A stretch of DNA of 64,000 nucleotides. Origin: Mizuhopecten yessoensis. Its lineage: Eukaryota. Under the pieces are notes generated by a model. That model made no database searches and had not been told where the DNA came from. It saw nothing but the letters and a program-made list of their open reading frames with translations. The translations under genes and the position numbers were made by a program. The stretch spans positions 837,616 through 901,615 of the forward strand of contig NW_018408884.1 in NCBI RefSeq assembly GCF_002113885.1. The letters are read 5' to 3'. Each line of letters opens with the position of its first letter. The stretch's first letter is position 1. This document shows, piece after piece, positions 62,131 to 64,000 of the stretch.

Positions 62131-63789
62131 GTGTCAGCATCTCAGTGAAGCCTTTTTAAAGATTTTGACAGAAACTCTGCACTCTTGTATAGAACATCCA
62201 TTTCTCCCACCCTTCACAGGTGTGTCTCCCATTCAAGCCGGGAAAGATCAGCTTGTCATCCCCCAGGCGGAGATAGCCTCATGCCGATTAGCACTTGTTC
62301 AATTGTGACGCCATTCAAATGCGTCATCGGTAATTGTGACGTCATCAAAAGTGAATGACGATATGCATACCCGACACGTGTTTTTGTTTACAAACATGGC
62401 AGACTACTGTCGGTAGAATTGTGACTGAAATAATAGGATTGGGAAAAAAATAATCATCCCCTACCTTGAGGGTATAACAGAGAAATCTCCAACCCTCTGT
62501 GTGATTTTTTTGGTTGTCTAACCCTCGGCAAAAACATCCCCCCTCGGGGTGGCGATTTCTCTGTCACACCCTCAAGCTAGGTAGGGGAAGATTCTATTAA
62601 TCCTACATATGACAGACTCTATCAATATTCCCCTGTAAGTATATGATGTAATTGGCTGAGGTTGTGAAAAACAATGATTTGTATTTTTTAAATATAATTA
62701 CATTTACCAATTATTAAATCTTTCTAGTACGGAGAATATACCACCTGTAACATCTGTCACAGAATTAGGACATAATTATGTGTTCAAACATTGTTATGTA
62801 CATACTAACACTCTACAAAATAACATGATATCTGAAAACAAAAATCAGTATACTACAAACATGTACAAGAGATCCCACTAACGGAAAACATAAATCATAG
62901 TGATACGTCGGACCAAATGTTTCCTGGGAACACATACACATCACAGTTTTACCGACCCTAACGTAAATCACTAAGTCATACGGTGTATTGTGTGATGTAT
63001 AACAATACTCTCTTTCAAGGATTTTTGTTTACAAACTATTTGATTCATTATTTATTTTCATGATCTGCAGGTATACATCTGTAGTCACTAATGTTCATGT
63101 AACTAGGAAAGCTGGAGTTAATACACATTAAATGTTTCAAACCGTTACGTTAATACACAGTAAATGTTTCAAACCGTTACACGCACAGGGCAGATATCAG
63201 GATTTTTGTAACCAAGGCTTTACTCAACTCACAATATGTTTTCTGATTATAATTCAGCACAAAAAGATAGAATTACAATCAAACTGAACATTGAGAGTAA
63301 TTTGAGGGCCAGTTACTGTAAACATACTTAATTTAGAAACTAAACTTTAATGTTTCATCAAACTATACAGATTAGAACACTGATCTATTGGTGAATCCAC
63401 AATACAATAAAAGATGACTTACAGAACCTTCTGTCAGTGTAATCATAATTTGATGCAATATTTCAAATGTGAAAATCACTAAAAGTAGAGTACTGCTTAA
63501 ACAAGTATATTTACAGTACTATGATTAAACCCCCTATCTACATCAAGGAGATCTTTGTCTGGGTATTGTCCTGTAGTCAGACACTGTATCTATATACCAG
63601 AAACATCATGGACATGTTCCAGTGGAGAGTACTGTCACGGCAGTGAGAGACCTTGAGTGGTCTATGTAAAACTACTCTAGGTTGGAGAGTATTGTCCTGT
63701 AGTCAGACACCGTATCTATATACCTGCTACATCATCGACACGTTCCAGTGGAGAGTACTGTCACGGCAGTGAGCCGAGAGACCTCGAGT

Positions 63790-63920
63790 GGTCTACCTGA
63801 TACACTTTAGACAGGAGCAGGGGTCTACCTGATACACTTTAGACAGGAGCAGGGGTCTACCTGATACACTTTAGACAGGAGCAGGGGTCTACCTGATACA
63901 CTTTAGACAGGAGCAGGGGT
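63790..63920. repeat. Minisatellite, 32-bp unit, 4 copies (preceded by a ~125-bp duplication at 63562-63795)
   Basis: GGTCTACCTGATACACTTTAGACAGGAGCAGG repeated. Confidence 0.88.
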
Positions 63921-64000
63921 TTATCAGGATACTCTTAAGGGCTGTTTAGAGGACCCATTCCTAATTGAAAAAGTTTGTAGTTTTTCACAATTTACCCCTT

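Noticed and set aside
60300-64000. Possible 3' UTR of a minus-strand gene beyond the window
   Set aside because: Only TTTATT motifs and composition suggest it; no coding exon was identified.

Overview
AT-rich, intron-containing animal DNA, most likely a bivalve such as an oyster (inferred from the repeat families and the B-box/NHL gene type). Three host genes are present. A RING-less B-box/coiled-coil/NHL TRIM-like gene lies at 15349-16926 (+). A GABPB1 orthologue has 11 coding exons at 41522-26713 (-). TLNRD1/MESDC1 lies head-to-head with it at 46528-48065 (+), across an ETS-site-rich interval. The left 14 kb is a nest of mobile DNA: a young Gypsy LTR element (CAAT TSD, uninterrupted RT-RNaseH-IN frame) sits in an intron of a decayed, intron-containing piggyBac transposase, alongside Helentron-type satellite-carrying elements, MITEs, SINEs and CR1/L2 fragments. 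About 15 unrelated minisatellites are scattered through the window. Three observations stand out. (1) Minisatellites are anchored on GABPB1 splice sites, including 16 tandem copies of one 3' splice site in a stop-free, in-frame 69-bp unit. (2) The Gypsy 5' LTR/gag/protease region is replaced by an inverted LTR piece that supplies a new in-frame ATG and hydrophobic leader to pol. (3) A ~100-copy array downstream of TLNRD1 has a unit containing both AATAAA and a 5' splice-site motif. All calls were made by eye, with no database searches.
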